Under the pieces are notes generated by a model. The model saw nothing but the letters and a program-made list of their open reading frames with translations, had not been told where the DNA came from and did no database searches. The position numbers were made by a program, and so were the translations under genes. DNA of 63,647 bases, filler included, from Octopus bimaculoides (lineage: Eukaryota): assembly GCF_001194135.2 (NCBI RefSeq). It is 10 parts of 9 records of this genome, joined end to end, with 100 filler letters (N's around TTAATTAATTAA, not from the genome) between each part and the next. Parts side by side here need not be neighbours in the genome. Positions count along the whole stretch, not along the records: positions 8,379 to 30,590 come from NC_068995.1; 9 more parts are not named here. One strand, given 5' to 3'. Below, one piece after another: positions 13,432 through 26,867 of this stretch. Each line of letters starts with the position of its first letter. Position 1 is the first letter of the stretch.

Positions 13432-14199
13432 GAGAGAGAGAGAGAGCGAGAGAGAGAGGGAGATGTTTATTATACATGGTGGTAGGTAATTACAAAATGA
13501 TATTCGATATTTACCATAAGTTGCCTCCCAGGGCATCTACATGTTTCAGTGCATCTCTTTAAGCAATGGCTTCTAACTTATACCAAATCATCCCAAATAT
13601 ATATTCCCACAACTATGGGGTTCTGATGTTGTATGATTGTCTCTTTAGACAGTTTTATTTAAAACTAATAAATAGAGTAACTGTTTTGCCCCTTTTTTAT
13701 ATATATATATTCATTACTTTTTAATTTATATATTAAATGTCCATGCTGCTATCTACAACTGTAAATTTTGTAACAAAGTCGGAGGTGGGGAGACAGCTCC
13801 CTTTTGATCAGCACGGCTGAAGAGATTGATACTCATCGGGTCTTCAATGTGTCTCTTGAGGTAAGTGTGGTAAATGCTTTTTTTTTATGTGTAATATGTT
13901 TAGAATTAAAAACTGCAACACTCAATAATTTCTTCTATGCTGTTATGTTGTCCGGTTTTCTGAAGCACCTCAGACCTCGTCTGATCTTTCAATTTTTTTA
14001 ATTTTCCTTATAAAATCGTTGTAATTAAGACATTAGAATTGATTTAAAAACGTCATTGTAGGGAGGATAATTATGCTGCAATTCTGTTGACATATAGGGT
14101 GCTTTCAATAATACATGTACTTACATATATGGTTAGTCTATATAAATCCGTAAGGAACATGGTGCTGGTTTCCTGGTTTCTCTGACATATATACATATT

Positions 14200-14360
14200 C
14201 TCCGTGGATGTGACGCCAGTCCATCTCAGGTTTACTCATATTTATCAGCTGAGTGGACTGGAGTAGCTCCAGATGATGTGCTTTGCTCAAGAACACAACG
14301 CATCGCCTGGTCCTGGAATCGAAACCACAATCTTAGGATCATGAGCCCAATACCTTTACC
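14200..14360 (-). mobile_element. SINE family E, degenerate
   Basis: cagctgagtggactggag...gtgctttgctcaagaacacaacg...ggaatcgaaacc (B-box-like on minus). Confidence 0.65.
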
Positions 14361-15401
14361 ACTACGAAGCCATACTCCTTCACATATATACATAAATGAA
14401 TATATGCACACAACAGACATATGAACATGTATATGGGCACTGACGTGACTGTGCAGGGTTTCATATTCCTTTTCCAAACACACAACCACATGGTTCCTGT
14501 AGGTCTGTTGATAGCAATGTAAAAGCTTTATATTTAGTCGTCTCAATCGTCGCATTCATCTTTGCCAAATATTTCCGGTAGACATTTTGATAACAGGATG
14601 TGGGTGCTGACGTCTTACCTAACTTTCTACGTGTTAAAACAATCAAATTAATTTCATTTCTACAGTCACCCTAATCTTTTTTACTTCTTTGAAGAAATAA
14701 GACTTTCTTCTTGCTTTTCGTTACTTCTTGGTTTTTGTCTTTCGTATATCTCTCTCTCTCTATGACTTTATTTCCTGTGTGAATATGTGATAAGAGTGAA
14801 TCGGTACCATTTTCATTTTGCGTTATGATGTTTGGAAATGAAGGTGTTGACATATCTGCCGCTCTTGCTTGCGGCATTCCATCTGTATTTTAATTATAAG
14901 TGCTGAATTAACGAATCTGTTAGTACGTGTTAGGATTATGATGTTTGAAAATGCGTGGCTTCTTGTTTTGTTCTGAGTTCGACTGCAATCATTCTTCTGT
15001 TCTTTTACTTATTCGAGTAATCGGACTGCAGCTATGTTTGGGCATCCACCAGGAAGGGCTTAGCCAAACAAATTGACACTGATAGTCTGCCGTATGATCT
15101 ACAACAAAGGAAGGAAAAAAGAAGGGCGCATATAGGACGCTAGTCTGTCTGAGATGCTTCTAAAATAACGTGAACAGTGCTAGAATACTTTTGCTGAATA
15201 TGAGTTGAGCCGTAGATAAACATCAACGATAGACTTTCATCTGTTCTAAGATAACGTTTTACTCTCACAACGATAAAGTATATATCGCGGCAGATTTGAT
15301 CTACATTTGTTAATCGCATTTCCATTTAGTCTTCGGAGATACTTAATTTCAGGAAATTGGTGTTACAACGCACTTGGTTTATCGACGTAATGGAACCTTA
15401 C

Positions 15402-15444
15402 AACTCTGGCGTTTCGACCTAGTTATGTATCCTCAGTCAAAGTT
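15402..15444 (-). ncRNA. Degenerate hammerhead-like motif (pLTR-type)
   Basis: Minus: aacttt-ga-CTGAGGA-tacataactaggtc-GAAAC-GCC-agagtt; core boxes present, stem II and cleavage triplet damaged. Confidence 0.3.
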
Positions 15445-15490
15445 ACGCTCGGATCAATAACTAAAGAAAGCTGATGGCTTTTGTTATTGT

Positions 15491-15540
<50 letters not shown>

Positions 15541-16853
15541 NNNNNNNNNNNNNNNNNNNNNNNNNNNNNNNNNNNNNNNNNNNNNNNNNNNNNNNNNNNN
15601 NNNNNNNNNNNNGTGTGCGTGCGCGTGCGCGTGCGCGTGTGCGTGCATGTGTGTATGTATATGTGTGTGTGTGTGTGTGTGCGCGTGCATGTGTGTATGT
15701 TTATATGTGTGTGTGTTCAGACATACATATACATATATTGTTTGCTGATGCTTGCTGATGTCTGCTTAAGAGATAGTAAATTATCGTGTCCACGGTGAAT
15801 CTATTTATGGGTATGTAGATTGAGCGAACCAGAGTTAAGTATCATACGCCTTGAACACGATAAAGGATACCAAACATCAGTGATCGGAAACGCTATTATT
15901 TCAGCCAGCTGCAAATTCTCTTCGTTCACTAGAGGAATTATTCTTTCATAATGGAACTATTTCTGAAGTTTCCTGCCCTTGACAATTATTTTCCGCATGA
16001 AACTGCAACATGTCTAGAAATGTTAAATATTTAAGACTACTTTTTCTCTCTTGGCTGATAATAAATATTAAATTAGCTTTTCTCTTCTCAAATAAATGCA
16101 GATATCCATTTTTTAAGACTTGACGTTAGCAATATCTTGATGTAATCATTGAAAAAGTTAACCCTTTTCATAAGAAACAATATGAATATGACCAGAAATC
16201 GATGCAATTTCACTATAAATATTCAATTAAATATTTTTTCTTCCTTGATCAGTGAAGCACCAGGTTAAAGGAATTGAATATCTTTCTATCACAACTTGTA
16301 CTACTCTCTCTGTTCGAGTTGACTACTTGGATCAAATACTCTTCAAATATGGAATATTGTATTATTGACTAGGAATATAAAACAAATATTTTCACTAGAA
16401 ATAGAACTTTTTTTCTCTATATTGGATATGCCACGAAACTCTATTTTAGAAGCTATTTACATCGGCTTCCGGATATTAAAGTACCTAAGTAAGGTATTAA
16501 ATAACATAAAATATTGTATAGTTCATGGGATTAATTCAATGTTAATTTATGAGGCTTCGAAATATTTCCTTAGACGGCAATCTTATTTAAAAATGGAAGA
16601 TGCTTTAAATATGTGAGTTAACAATGGAAACATTGAAAAGTTTTATCTAGAAAGGATATTTTTACTTTATAATAAAGTCAGTTTATTTTTGTATATGAAA
16701 TCATGAAATGATATAAGTATCGATCAACAAGTCAGGAATAGATAATTAATAAACTTCCACCCCATCAAGGATGATCCTGGAGACATGCCTTCTTAGCATT
16801 CAAATAATTCTTATTTGAGTACCAGAAGGCACTATAGAAGAGCGTAGAAATTA

Positions 16854-17520
16854 CGAGGGGAAGTCAAAAATTATCCGCACTTTAACCATGACATATCTTT
16901 ATTATTGTAACACTGCCTTCTGCGCATGCGTGCTTATAGTTGGAGCTATTGTGGTCAGGTGATCGAAATTTGAGCTTGATAGCGTCATTTATCTTTCTGG
17001 CTTTACAGTAAAAGCACAGCTGCTCCCCTAGCAATGTGCATCAAAGAAGAACAAAGACCAGTGATCCGAGAGATAGTAATGGCGAACCGGTTCACCCTTA
17101 CCATATCCTGAGCTTACTGAATCTTCTTGTAAATAGTGGAGGTGGACGGGCGTCATGCTCTCTCTTTGTGCATCACGCTTATCCGGCCACTTTTAAACTT
17201 CTCGATCCACTCATACACACTTCTATGCGGTAATACACTGTCTTTGTATTGTGCTTAAAAGCTTCCGATGAATTTCAGCACTTGACACACCTTCCGACCA
17301 GAGAAACTGCATCACTACTCTTTGTTCTTCTTTGTTGCACATTGCTAGTGGAACGGCCATGCTTATACTGTAAAGATAAAGAAAAATGGTGTGATCAGGC
17401 TCAAACTTCGGTCTTCGTAATCACAGTAGTACCAACTATAAGCAGGCATGCGCAGAAGGCAGTGTGACAATAATAAAGATATATTATGGTGAAAGTGCGG
17501 ATAACGTTTGACTTCCCTCG
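16854..17520. mobile_element. Palindromic mariner-derived non-autonomous element (two inverted 5' ends)
   Basis: TA|cgaggggaagtcaaaaattatccgcacttt ... aaagtgcggataacgtttgacttccctcg|TA; ~210-bp inverted arms; minus strand from 17360 encodes a decayed mariner N-terminus MAVPLAMCNKEEQRVVMQFLWSEGVSSAEIHRKL..QYKDSVLPHRSVYEWIEKFKSGRISV. Confidence 0.9.
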
Positions 17521-18241
17521 TATATAAATGTAAATTTGGTGTTTCAGTGGATATTAGTTACAGAGCCATGCTCAATTTAATTCAATTCAGGGACTCGTGA
17601 ACATTCGAACATATTTATTACAGATTTCATATACAATATTAATCATATTTTAAAGTACATATAAGAGATAGTTCCTTTATAAGGTCCAATACGTGTTGCG
17701 GTCAGGTAGTGGCTTGTGTGATTCAACGACACTGAGAGCAATATCAGTAGCGAACAAGTTCTTGGTAGGGCCTTTCAAGCAGGTCTAATTAAAAGTACAG
17801 AGGCCAGACTGATGTAAACCAAGTGCATAAGGCCACAACCCTTGCCTAGAAAAAAATCAAAGTTACAGGAGCATCAATGGCAATAGAAGATCAATTCAGA
17901 TCTTAGAAGAAGGCGTTCACTTAGGGTGTACACTTCAACCCATACTTCGAGATCAGCCCTGAGAGCCCTGAATCGACAACACTGGATAAGAGTCATCGAT
18001 TGTTTGTGCTCCATAAGAAGGAAAAGGCTTCAATAAGTAAGATTTAATTACCATTGTATGTATATTCGTTATTAAACCTGTACAACCATACGAATTCTTT
18101 AAATAACAAACACAGTAATAGAAAGAATTTTATTCTAGATGCATTAATGAAAGAGTAAACTAAATAGATCGAAATTCTGATAATTTGGTTGTAAAACAAC
18201 GGTCTGTCACTCTCTCGCTGTCTGTCTTTGTCCCTCCCCCC

Positions 18242-18273
<32 letters not shown>

Positions 18274-18394
18274 ATCTTACACACACACACATACATTCGC
18301 ACTCTCTTACACACACACAATATATATATGCATAGACAGACAGATAGAAAGAAAGACAGACTGACAGACAGACAGACAGTTAGATAGATAGATA

Positions 18395-18490
18395 GAATGA
18401 TTGATCGGTCGATTGAGAAAAGACAGATAGATCGAATGATTGATCGGTCGATTGAGAAAAGACAGATAGATCGAATGATTGATCGGTTGC
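18395..18490. repeat. 39-bp minisatellite, ~2.5 copies
   Basis: gaatgattgatcggtcgattgagaaaagacagatagatc starting at 18395, 18434 and 18473. Confidence 0.9.
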
Positions 18491-18651
18491 TTGACAGATA
18501 GTCAGATAGGTACATAGGTATGACAATCATGCCGTTTGTTTCCCAACAAATTTGTAATTTACACCACATGACTAGAAATTTGAGTGAAATTTGCCTGCTG
18601 TACCGATCAAGCTTGTCAACTACATGAAGATTCTCAATCGTTAGCCTGGAC

Positions 18652-18729
18652 CAGTGGCTCCCAACCTGGGGTCCGCAAAGGTAGTACTGGGGGTCCGTGA
18701 ACTAAATTCAAAATTTCACATATGTGTGC

Positions 18730-18796
<67 letters not shown>

Positions 18797-19174
18797 ATCC
18801 TTAGGGGTCGCATAAGATCTTGTTAAAATGTATGTGCGATAAACTGGTTATATTTCTACAATACACAAAATATTTTAACTGTTTTTCATACAATTCTTAA
18901 TAACGGTTGTAAGTTATGGTACAAGGCCAACAATTTCGGAGAAATGTGTACGTCGATTACATCGACCCCACCCCCCAGTGCTCAACTGGTATTTATCTTA
19001 TCGACCCCACAAAGATAAAAGGCAAAATCGACTTTGACAGAATACAATTCCTCATAATATTTAATTATAAAAAATATTGGGATTATTTTTATAAATCATA
19101 ATGGCTATCGAGGTCCAGTAAAGTGAAAACGAAATCAAAAGGGTTCATTGGCGAAAAATGGTTGTGAACCACAG
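18652..19174 (+). mobile_element. hAT-type MITE carrying a (TA)n run and a nested SINE B (~18920-19050, minus)
   Basis: Termini cagtggctcccaacc / ggttgtgaaccacag; degenerate 8-bp flanks gcctggac / acttggat. Confidence 0.7.
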
Positions 19175-21655
19175 ACTTGGATGCTTGCAAGACTGCAAGA
19201 ATGGCAGAGTACCGGACAAAATAAATAACTAAATAAATAAATCCTGTAATATAAGTAAATAAAAGATGTAACGCAGTTAAATAAGGCAGGCTATGTTATT
19301 AAAACGGAAGTAGTTTACTACAATGATGTTTAACAAAATAAATCAATATTGTGGAATACGAGAAAGAAAGTCGATTAATCTTTCAATTAACAGAGAAAGA
19401 CATGTCTTTTAAACAAACATTTTCCATTCATCATAAAACAGTTTGCATTGTAAAAACGTCATCTCGGTGCCATCAAATCCAAATAATCTCTTCATGGTTA
19501 ACATTTTATAACCGAAAACATTTACGAGATTGTGTTGTACTCTAAATAGATAAATTACACACAACCGACTTTTCAGAAGAAGCTAAGTAAACATGTAATT
19601 CTTTCGACTTTTCTTACAAAACAAAACCAACCGTCTTGTACATATACTTGTCGATAAAAAGTTTTCACTCCGTTGTTGCTCTTGTTTTCGTTACAAAAGT
19701 TACATAGGAAAGTGTTAGAAGAACTCACGTTAGCTGCTTATTAGTTACCGCAATTGTCGCTCGCTTTGTTGTTATAGTTTTTAGTTTTACATTTAAACCT
19801 TGTACGTGGGTTGCAATTTTGACTATTTTCCCCCTACTGATGTTTATCGTAAGTTTTCTTGTTCTTCTCACATTATGCTATTAAAGCTATGTTTAACGGA
19901 TCATTTCCATTTCAAACAGCAGATGGAGAACATCTTACAAGTAGATGATGCTATCTACTGTATTGCTCCTTATTATAAGAAAACAAGCTCAGAGACTTTT
20001 AGACCAACTGGCAAGCAATGGTATTCTGGGCGTGTGTGTGAACGCTGTGCCGTTTCTACTGATTAGCAAAGCAGACATAATTTATTTTGACAGCTTCTTA
20101 GAAGACCAGCAGGATTTTTAGGTGAATCGCAAACATCTCGAAGCACTAACTTGATTTTGTACTAAGTAACCTGTAGTGAATAAAACAGAAATAATAATGA
20201 CAATAAAAATAATAATCACAAGGCAAGCAAACAAACGAACAATAATTGCGTGTGAATGAGAAAAAAGACGGCGACTTCTTTTACGTATCTATTGTATATT
20301 TACTTTGAGATGAATATCAAAATACCAATAGATATTCTGTAACGTAATTGTTGTAGATTTACTAAGTTGATTAGATAGTCGCTTGCATGAGTAACATATA
20401 ACTCATTTCACGGTTAATTTATAATAACCGATACAGATATGCAGATATGATTGAAACAGTTTTTCTTTGTTTAAATTTATACAATATATATTTGTATTTA
20501 TTTAATAAACCTACTAAGCTGTGAAATTCGTTTAGAAAATGCATCCAGACATAAATACACACACACAAACACACATTTACATGCATGTATGTATGTATGT
20601 ATGTATGTATGTATGTATGTATGTATGGCTGGCTGTATGTATTCAGCCTTTTTAGGCTTTAGTCTGAGCACTGTTTTACGCTTCACATTTGAAATATTGT
20701 TTAAATGTTCTTGGACAACGGCTTCAGCTTCAGATCCTCTGCGGGTGTTTTTTTCGGTAAAATAAGCAGAACACGTTGAATTTCTTCCAAATTGTTTAGA
20801 TTCAAAAATATGTGACTGGGGCGGAAATTAGAAGGGTTTTCCATTGACTATTTTTGTAGAGCTTTCTATCCAATTAACTGCTGTAAGGCCAATGCCATAG
20901 CCAAAAGGAAATGTGTTTCTCATCTACTGAACTCTCTGTAAACTCTATGTATACAAACTTTAGAAATGCCTGTCATTTGTGAAAATCAGCCAGGATGGAT
21001 TTGAACATTTTTGTCGCTATAGGTTTGTCTTCACAGACATAACTGTGTTGAAAGGTGTTCCAGTCATGCGTATTCTCTATGGCTTTTATTTCGCTAGATA
21101 GTCAATGTAGCACTTGAGGAAGTTTTGACTGACATTTTCTAGCAGTGTGATTGTCTACGTAGTGACTCCCTCGTTAGTTATAACCGTGCTAGTGTTACCA
21201 TTTTCATTCTTTTTTTTTACTGCACTACCCGCACCCCAGAACTCAGCGGGATGTCTTTAACTAGTTCACGGTTCTCAAAAGCACATTAAAATGTCAGAAT
21301 ACAAAACACTAATGTAATATTAATGCTATAATGTTATTGATTTCTTAAATCAACATTTTCTTAATACTAATTGCTTGATAATAACATATTTATCCAGTCT
21401 CAATACATTCCGGCAGATTCTAAAGTGAATTTCTGGTCGTTCTTGTTTTGCCTCATCGGAGAACACTACCTGTCTTTAAAAAGTGCGTGTACATAACACG
21501 TAGTTCATCAGCATAAGTTCCACTTACCCGCATGCTATAAACACACATCGTCTTAAGAAAAGAAGTGCTGCTCAACGACGAAAAACAAATATACAGTTTC
21601 GAATCTGTCAGAAAGTATTAAGAATGAATTGATAGGCCATTGGTTGAATTCTCAC

Positions 21656-21782
21656 CTGTACTGTGTGCACGCCATGAATTATGATCTGTTAGATAGACTC
21701 CAGCAAATAATTTGTTTGATGATTCCTATAAACAAGTGGTCATATTTTCGCTAGATTCATCACTTCGGTGAAGTAGCTTTGA
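21656..21782 (-). other. Candidate exon (127 nt), mostly untranslated, with a possible start codon at 21675 (MACTQY...)
   Basis: Acceptor gttttgtgtctcctcag|, donor CAG|gtgaga; all three frames from the acceptor hit a stop; ATG lies 20 nt before the donor. Confidence 0.3.
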
Positions 21783-22019
21783 CTGAGGAGACACAAAACG
21801 AGGTGGAAACATTGCAATGGCTCAACCTATTCTTACACCAGCAAATCGCACATGTTATAAACAAACGTCATATAAAAGGATGTGTTCTCCGACGACGCAA
21901 ACATCAGTGATCAGATTTACTTTCGAGTCTACCAAAACGTATTAAAAAATGAAGAGATACGTTATCATTTGGATTCTTACAGTTGTGTGCGCACTTCAAG
22001 AATTATTTTTTATCTTTAT

Positions 22020-22345
22020 CGTTTACTTGTTTCAGTCATTTGACTGCGGTCATGCTGGGGCACCGCCTTGCAGAATTTGTAGTCGAATGAATCCACTTTA
22101 TTTTTCTCAAAGCCTATTACTTATTCTATCCACATTATTTACTGAACCGTTAATGTTAGGGGGACGTAAACAAAACAACAGCAGTTGTCAAGCGTTGATG
22201 GAGGACAAACAAAGACACATGCATTCATTATATATACGACAAGCTATTTTCGGTCTCGCTCTACGAAATCCAATCACTAGGCTTTGTTTGGTCCGAGCCT
22301 ATACCAGAAAACACTAATCCAAGCTGCCACACAGTGGGACTGAAC
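22020..22345 (-). mobile_element. SINE family A, degenerate
   Basis: ttacttgtttcagtcatttgactgcggtcatgctgg...acacagtgggactgaaccc. Confidence 0.8.
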
Positions 22346-22710
22346 CCGCAGTCCTGACTGCTCCTATTTGCTTAATATTTAAAGAAATGTGAAAGGAGTA
22401 ATGGAAATAACAACGTTTACATCATTTGGATCTAGTGCAATACTAGGCATCGAAATCGAGACACGTTTAATGTATTAATGTATTCATATCTTAATGTATT
22501 AATATTTATTCATTTTGTTTCAAGACACAATCGGTAGTAGGAGGAAGATATGTGGTTGATGGAAACAATCTGATTTAAGTGACTGATATTTGTTTTACAG
22601 ATCGACAGTATAGGGCATAGTAATAAATACAAATCAGAGAGACAGACAGAAAAGGCCATGAGACATACAAGTGGTAATAGACGGATAGGTAGACGGCTAG
22701 ATAGACAGAC

Positions 22711-22778
<68 letters not shown>

Positions 22779-22917
22779 GGATAGATAGAGAGAGAGAGAG
22801 AGAGGGGGGAGGGAGAGAGAGAGATAATAGACGAACAGATATATACAAATAGATAATAGACACTAATAAACAGATACAGAGATACATACATAAATACTAG
22901 ACAGGTAGACAAGCAGG

Positions 22918-22980
<63 letters not shown>

Positions 22981-23271
22981 GAGAAAGAGGGAGAATAGAG
23001 AGGTCGGGTGAGAATTATTGTAAAACATTTCCGTCAACGTGCTGCAGGTTCTGTGCATTTGCCGTTTCTTTATATCACAAGAAATATTTATTTCCAGCTC
23101 TGAGACAAGACATTCCATTTGTAAAGCAGCACTTTTTAGTTCATAGAATCAGTAAATAGTACGTGGCAGCATTTTGTTTTATCGATCCCAGCGGGATGGG
23201 ATGCAAAATTTATTTTTCATGAGATTTGAACTCAGAACATAACTGAATATCGAAAAGCATTTTAATTTGAC

Positions 23272-23305
<34 letters not shown>

Positions 23306-23840
23306 TTGTTGCTGTTATTACTACTTCTGCAGCTACTATTACTTCTGCCAATACTACTGTAGTTGCTGTTGGTGCCACTACAAATACTGCTGCTGCTACC
23401 ACCCCCGCCACTACTAGCTCTGCTGCTGCTGCTGCTATTGCCACTACTGCTAATTCCACTACTACTATTTTTGCTGCGATCACCACCACCTCTACTACTA
23501 CTAATACTCCTCAAGGGGCTGATAAAAAAAAACATGGTAAGATCCAAAGTGCTGGGAGTGAAATTAATAAATGTACATCAGCACAAAATATTTTACATTG
23601 CTTCTAACTTAGAAATCAGTTTTACAATTCTAAATACAACTAAAAAAATGATCATTCTCAGTATCAATAATATNNNNNNNNNNNNNNNNNNNNNNNNNNN
23701 NNNNNNNNNNNNNNNNNNNNNNNNNNNNNNNNNNNNNNNNNNNNNNNNNNNNNNNNNNNNNNNNNNNNNNNNNNNNNNNNNNNNNNNNNNNNNNNNNNNN
23801 NNNNNNNNNNNNNNNNNNNNNNNNNNNNNNNNNNNNNNNA

Positions 23841-25043
23841 ATTATCAATGTACTTTCCCTGATTATCTATGACTTCCTTCCCTCTATTTACAAGCTTTTT
23901 AATCCCATCAATGTAAAACTCTTTTGGTTTCAAAGCGATGAACTCTGAAATGTCAGTTTCGACCTCCCCCTGGCTTGCGAAAGTTATGTCCCTCAAATGA
24001 TTCTGTAAACTACGAAACGAATGGTAGTCTGAAGGAGCCAGGTCGGGAGAATAAGGTGGATGAGGAATTTTTTCCCAACCAAGCTCTTCGATCTTCTGTG
24101 ATGTGATCTTTGCAGTGTGAGGTCACGCATTGTCCCGATGAAGCACAACTCCTCGATTCACTAAAGCGGGTCTTTTTGTCTTCGAAGCTTAGTTCAAAGA
24201 CTCTAAGTGCTGACAGTAGACTTGAGCATTGATTGTTGCATTAGGTGGCAACAATTCAAAGTGAATTACTCCTTTGCAACCCCACCAAATAGAGAGAAGA
24301 CCCTTTCTCCCATGAGGTACCCTTCTTGGTTGTGGTTGAGTCTTTTTTCCCCTTTACTAAACCACAGTTTACATTTAACATTTCGATAGAAGATCCATTT
24401 TTCGTCACAAGTTTATCCAAAAAGGGTGAATAGGTTCACGAGAATGGAGAGAAGAGCAGATGTCAACTCGGGATTTGTGGTCGTTTTCGGACAATTCACG
24501 AGGAACACATTTTTCAAGTTTAGGAACCTTTCCAAGTTGTTGAAGATTACGATGAACAGTTGTATAGTTTAAACTAAGCTTATTGCTAATTCTTCAACTG
24601 ATAATGCAGGATTTTCTTCCAGTAATGCCTCAAGGAGCTTATCATTACACTCAACTGGATGTCCTGTTCGATCTTCATCTACAAGGTTGAAATCTCCACT
24701 TCTGTATTTTGCAAACCATCTTCTGCAAGTTCTTTCATTCAAGCATTCTTTCCCATAAACTGAGTGTATGGTTCGAGTCGATTCGGCTGCAGAGTTTCCT
24801 TTTTTGTTCTCATAAAGCATTATGTGCCCTAAATGCTCTTTGCATACTTCCATGTTAGAAAGTGCTTTAATCCAAGAAATTTTAATTCCATTATTCTGTA
24901 AAATAATATTTAATTAGTTTAAATGTACACAAATGCATAAAAATAATTTTTAATTCCATTAGACATTCTAAAATACTATTAAATGTCATTCAATTTTTAA
25001 AAATAGGTAAAATCGGACAGACAGAACTTACGGGATGACCTGA
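23841..25043 (-). pseudogene. Decayed mariner (Tc1/mariner, DD34D) transposon and transposase
   Basis: 5' TIR TA|tcaggtcatcccgtaag at 25043; N-terminal HTH ORF 24853-24569 (MEVCKEHLGHIMLYENKKGNSAAES...WFAKYRSGDFNLVDEDRTGHP); DEKWIFY, HRDNA*PH and PHPPYSPDLAPSDYH motifs; frameshifts and stops; 3' end lost in gap. Confidence 0.95.
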
Positions 25044-25815
25044 TATATTACATGGTATATATAATATATAAGATATATATATATATATATANNNNNNNNN
25101 NNNNNNNNNNNNNNNNNNNNNNNNNNNNNNNNNNNNNNNNNNNNNNNNNNNNNNNNNNNNNNNNNNNNNNNNNNNNNNNNNNNNNNNNNNNNNNNNNNNN
25201 NNNNNNNNNNNNNNNNNNNNNNNNNNNNNNNNNNNNNNNNNNNNNNNNNNNNNNNNNNNNNNNNNNNNNNNNNNNNNNNNNNNNNNNNNNNNNNNNNNNN
25301 NNNNNNNNNNNNNNNNNNNNNNNNNNNNNNNNNNNNNNNNNNNNNNNNNNNNNNNNNNNNNNNNNNNNNNNNNNNNNNNNNNNNNNNNNNNNNNNNNNNN
25401 NNNNNNNNNNNNNNNNNNNNNNNNNNNNNNNNNNNNNNNNNNNNNNNNNNNNNNNNNNNNNNNNNNNNNNNNNNNNNNNNNNNNNNNNNNNNNNNNNNNN
25501 NNNNNNNNNNNNNNNNNNNNNNNNNNNNNNNNNNNNNNNNNNNNNNNNNNNNNNNNNNNNNNNNNNNNNNNNNNNNNNNNNNNNNNNNNNNNNNNNNNNN
25601 NNNNNNNNNNNNNNNNNNNNNNNNNNNNNNNNNNNNNNNNNNNNNNNNNNNNNNNNNNNNNNNNNNNNNNNNNNNNNNNNNNNNNNNNNNNNNNNNNNNN
25701 NNNNNNNNNNNNNNNNNNNNNNNNNNNNNNNNNNNNNNNNNNNNNNNNNNNNNNNNNNNNNNNNNNNNNNNNNNNNNNNNNNNNNNNNNNNNNNNNNNNN
25801 NNNNNNNNNNNNNNN

Positions 25816-25960
25816 GAGTTCAAATTCTGCCGAGGTTAACCTTGCCTTTCACCATTTCGCGGTCGATAAAAGAAGTACCAAATGAGTTCTGGGATCGATA
25901 AGATTTTCTATATCCCTCACCCCACCCAAAAAATCAGGCCTTGTCCTTATTGTAAATAGA
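25816..25960 (+). mobile_element. SINE family B, partial
   Basis: gagttcaaattctgccgagg (B box)...gtcgataaaagaagtacc...ggccttgt. Confidence 0.75.
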
Positions 25961-26125
25961 ATAATTGCGTTCTCAGTTCAAACCCCGCTGTAGTTTACTT
26001 TAAATTTAAAAAAAAATTAACAATGAAAATATAATTAACAATAACAATAAAAAAATTTTACTGCGAGCGAAATGAATAAATGATCTAAATGTTCTTTCTT
26101 TTTTTTTTGGGGGGCAAGGTGGATA

Positions 26126-26343
26126 CAGTAATCCCTCACCTTATCGCGATTCACCTATCACGTTTTATTATTTAACCTTACATAGATTCCTCCGTGGTGT
26201 TGTTTTGCATTCATAATAAGATGAATATATAGAAATTATAAAAATAATTTTTTAAAATATACAGTACTGTTTTTATTTTGCGGATTTTTACATAACAATG
26301 TTTATTTGGGAACGTAACACACACGATAGACGATTGATTACTA
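26126..26343. mobile_element. Tigger/pogo-like MITE
   Basis: TA|cagtaatccctcaccttatcgcg ... cacgatagacgattgattacta|TA; degenerate TIRs with TA duplication. Confidence 0.65.
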
Positions 26344-26867
26344 TATCATCATAGATTGTTGTTCTTTACCGACTTTTCTAATCGTAGTGATCCGAGATAA
26401 TATGTTCCACATTCATTAGTCTACCTGAGTATATTTGCCGCAGGGATTAAATGAATAAGTTACTGTAGATCATCTCTTAAAGGTTCCTCAAACATCTATT
26501 CTGAGCAGCCGCAAGATTATCAGAGCCTATGCAATCCTTGTGGAAGAATGTGGGATAATAATATGTTTAATTGCTTATTTCAACAGTTTGACTATAGCAG
26601 CCGTTTTAGTACCCTTCAGAAGTATTTGTTGTCTAATGGGATTCTAATTAATCTTCGTCTGTGGTACTGTTAAGAGATTCGTAGATAAACTTCTCTTAGC
26701 GCAGAACATCATTTTATTGAAAATAATCTCTATTATAAGGAGAAATGTACTGCAAGAAGACAATTAAGCAGTCGTCTTTAGTGCGAGATAAATAATTAAC
26801 AAGTCGTCAATTGCACAATGATAAACTGTGAGTTATGTGAAAGTTTGAGGTAAGTTCCATGCTATCA

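Noticed and set aside
19945-20121. 58-aa ORF MMLSTVLLLIIRKQAQRLLDQLASNG... as a possible secreted peptide
   Set aside because: Hydrophobic stretch too short for a clear signal peptide, no dibasic cleavage pattern, no homology recognised
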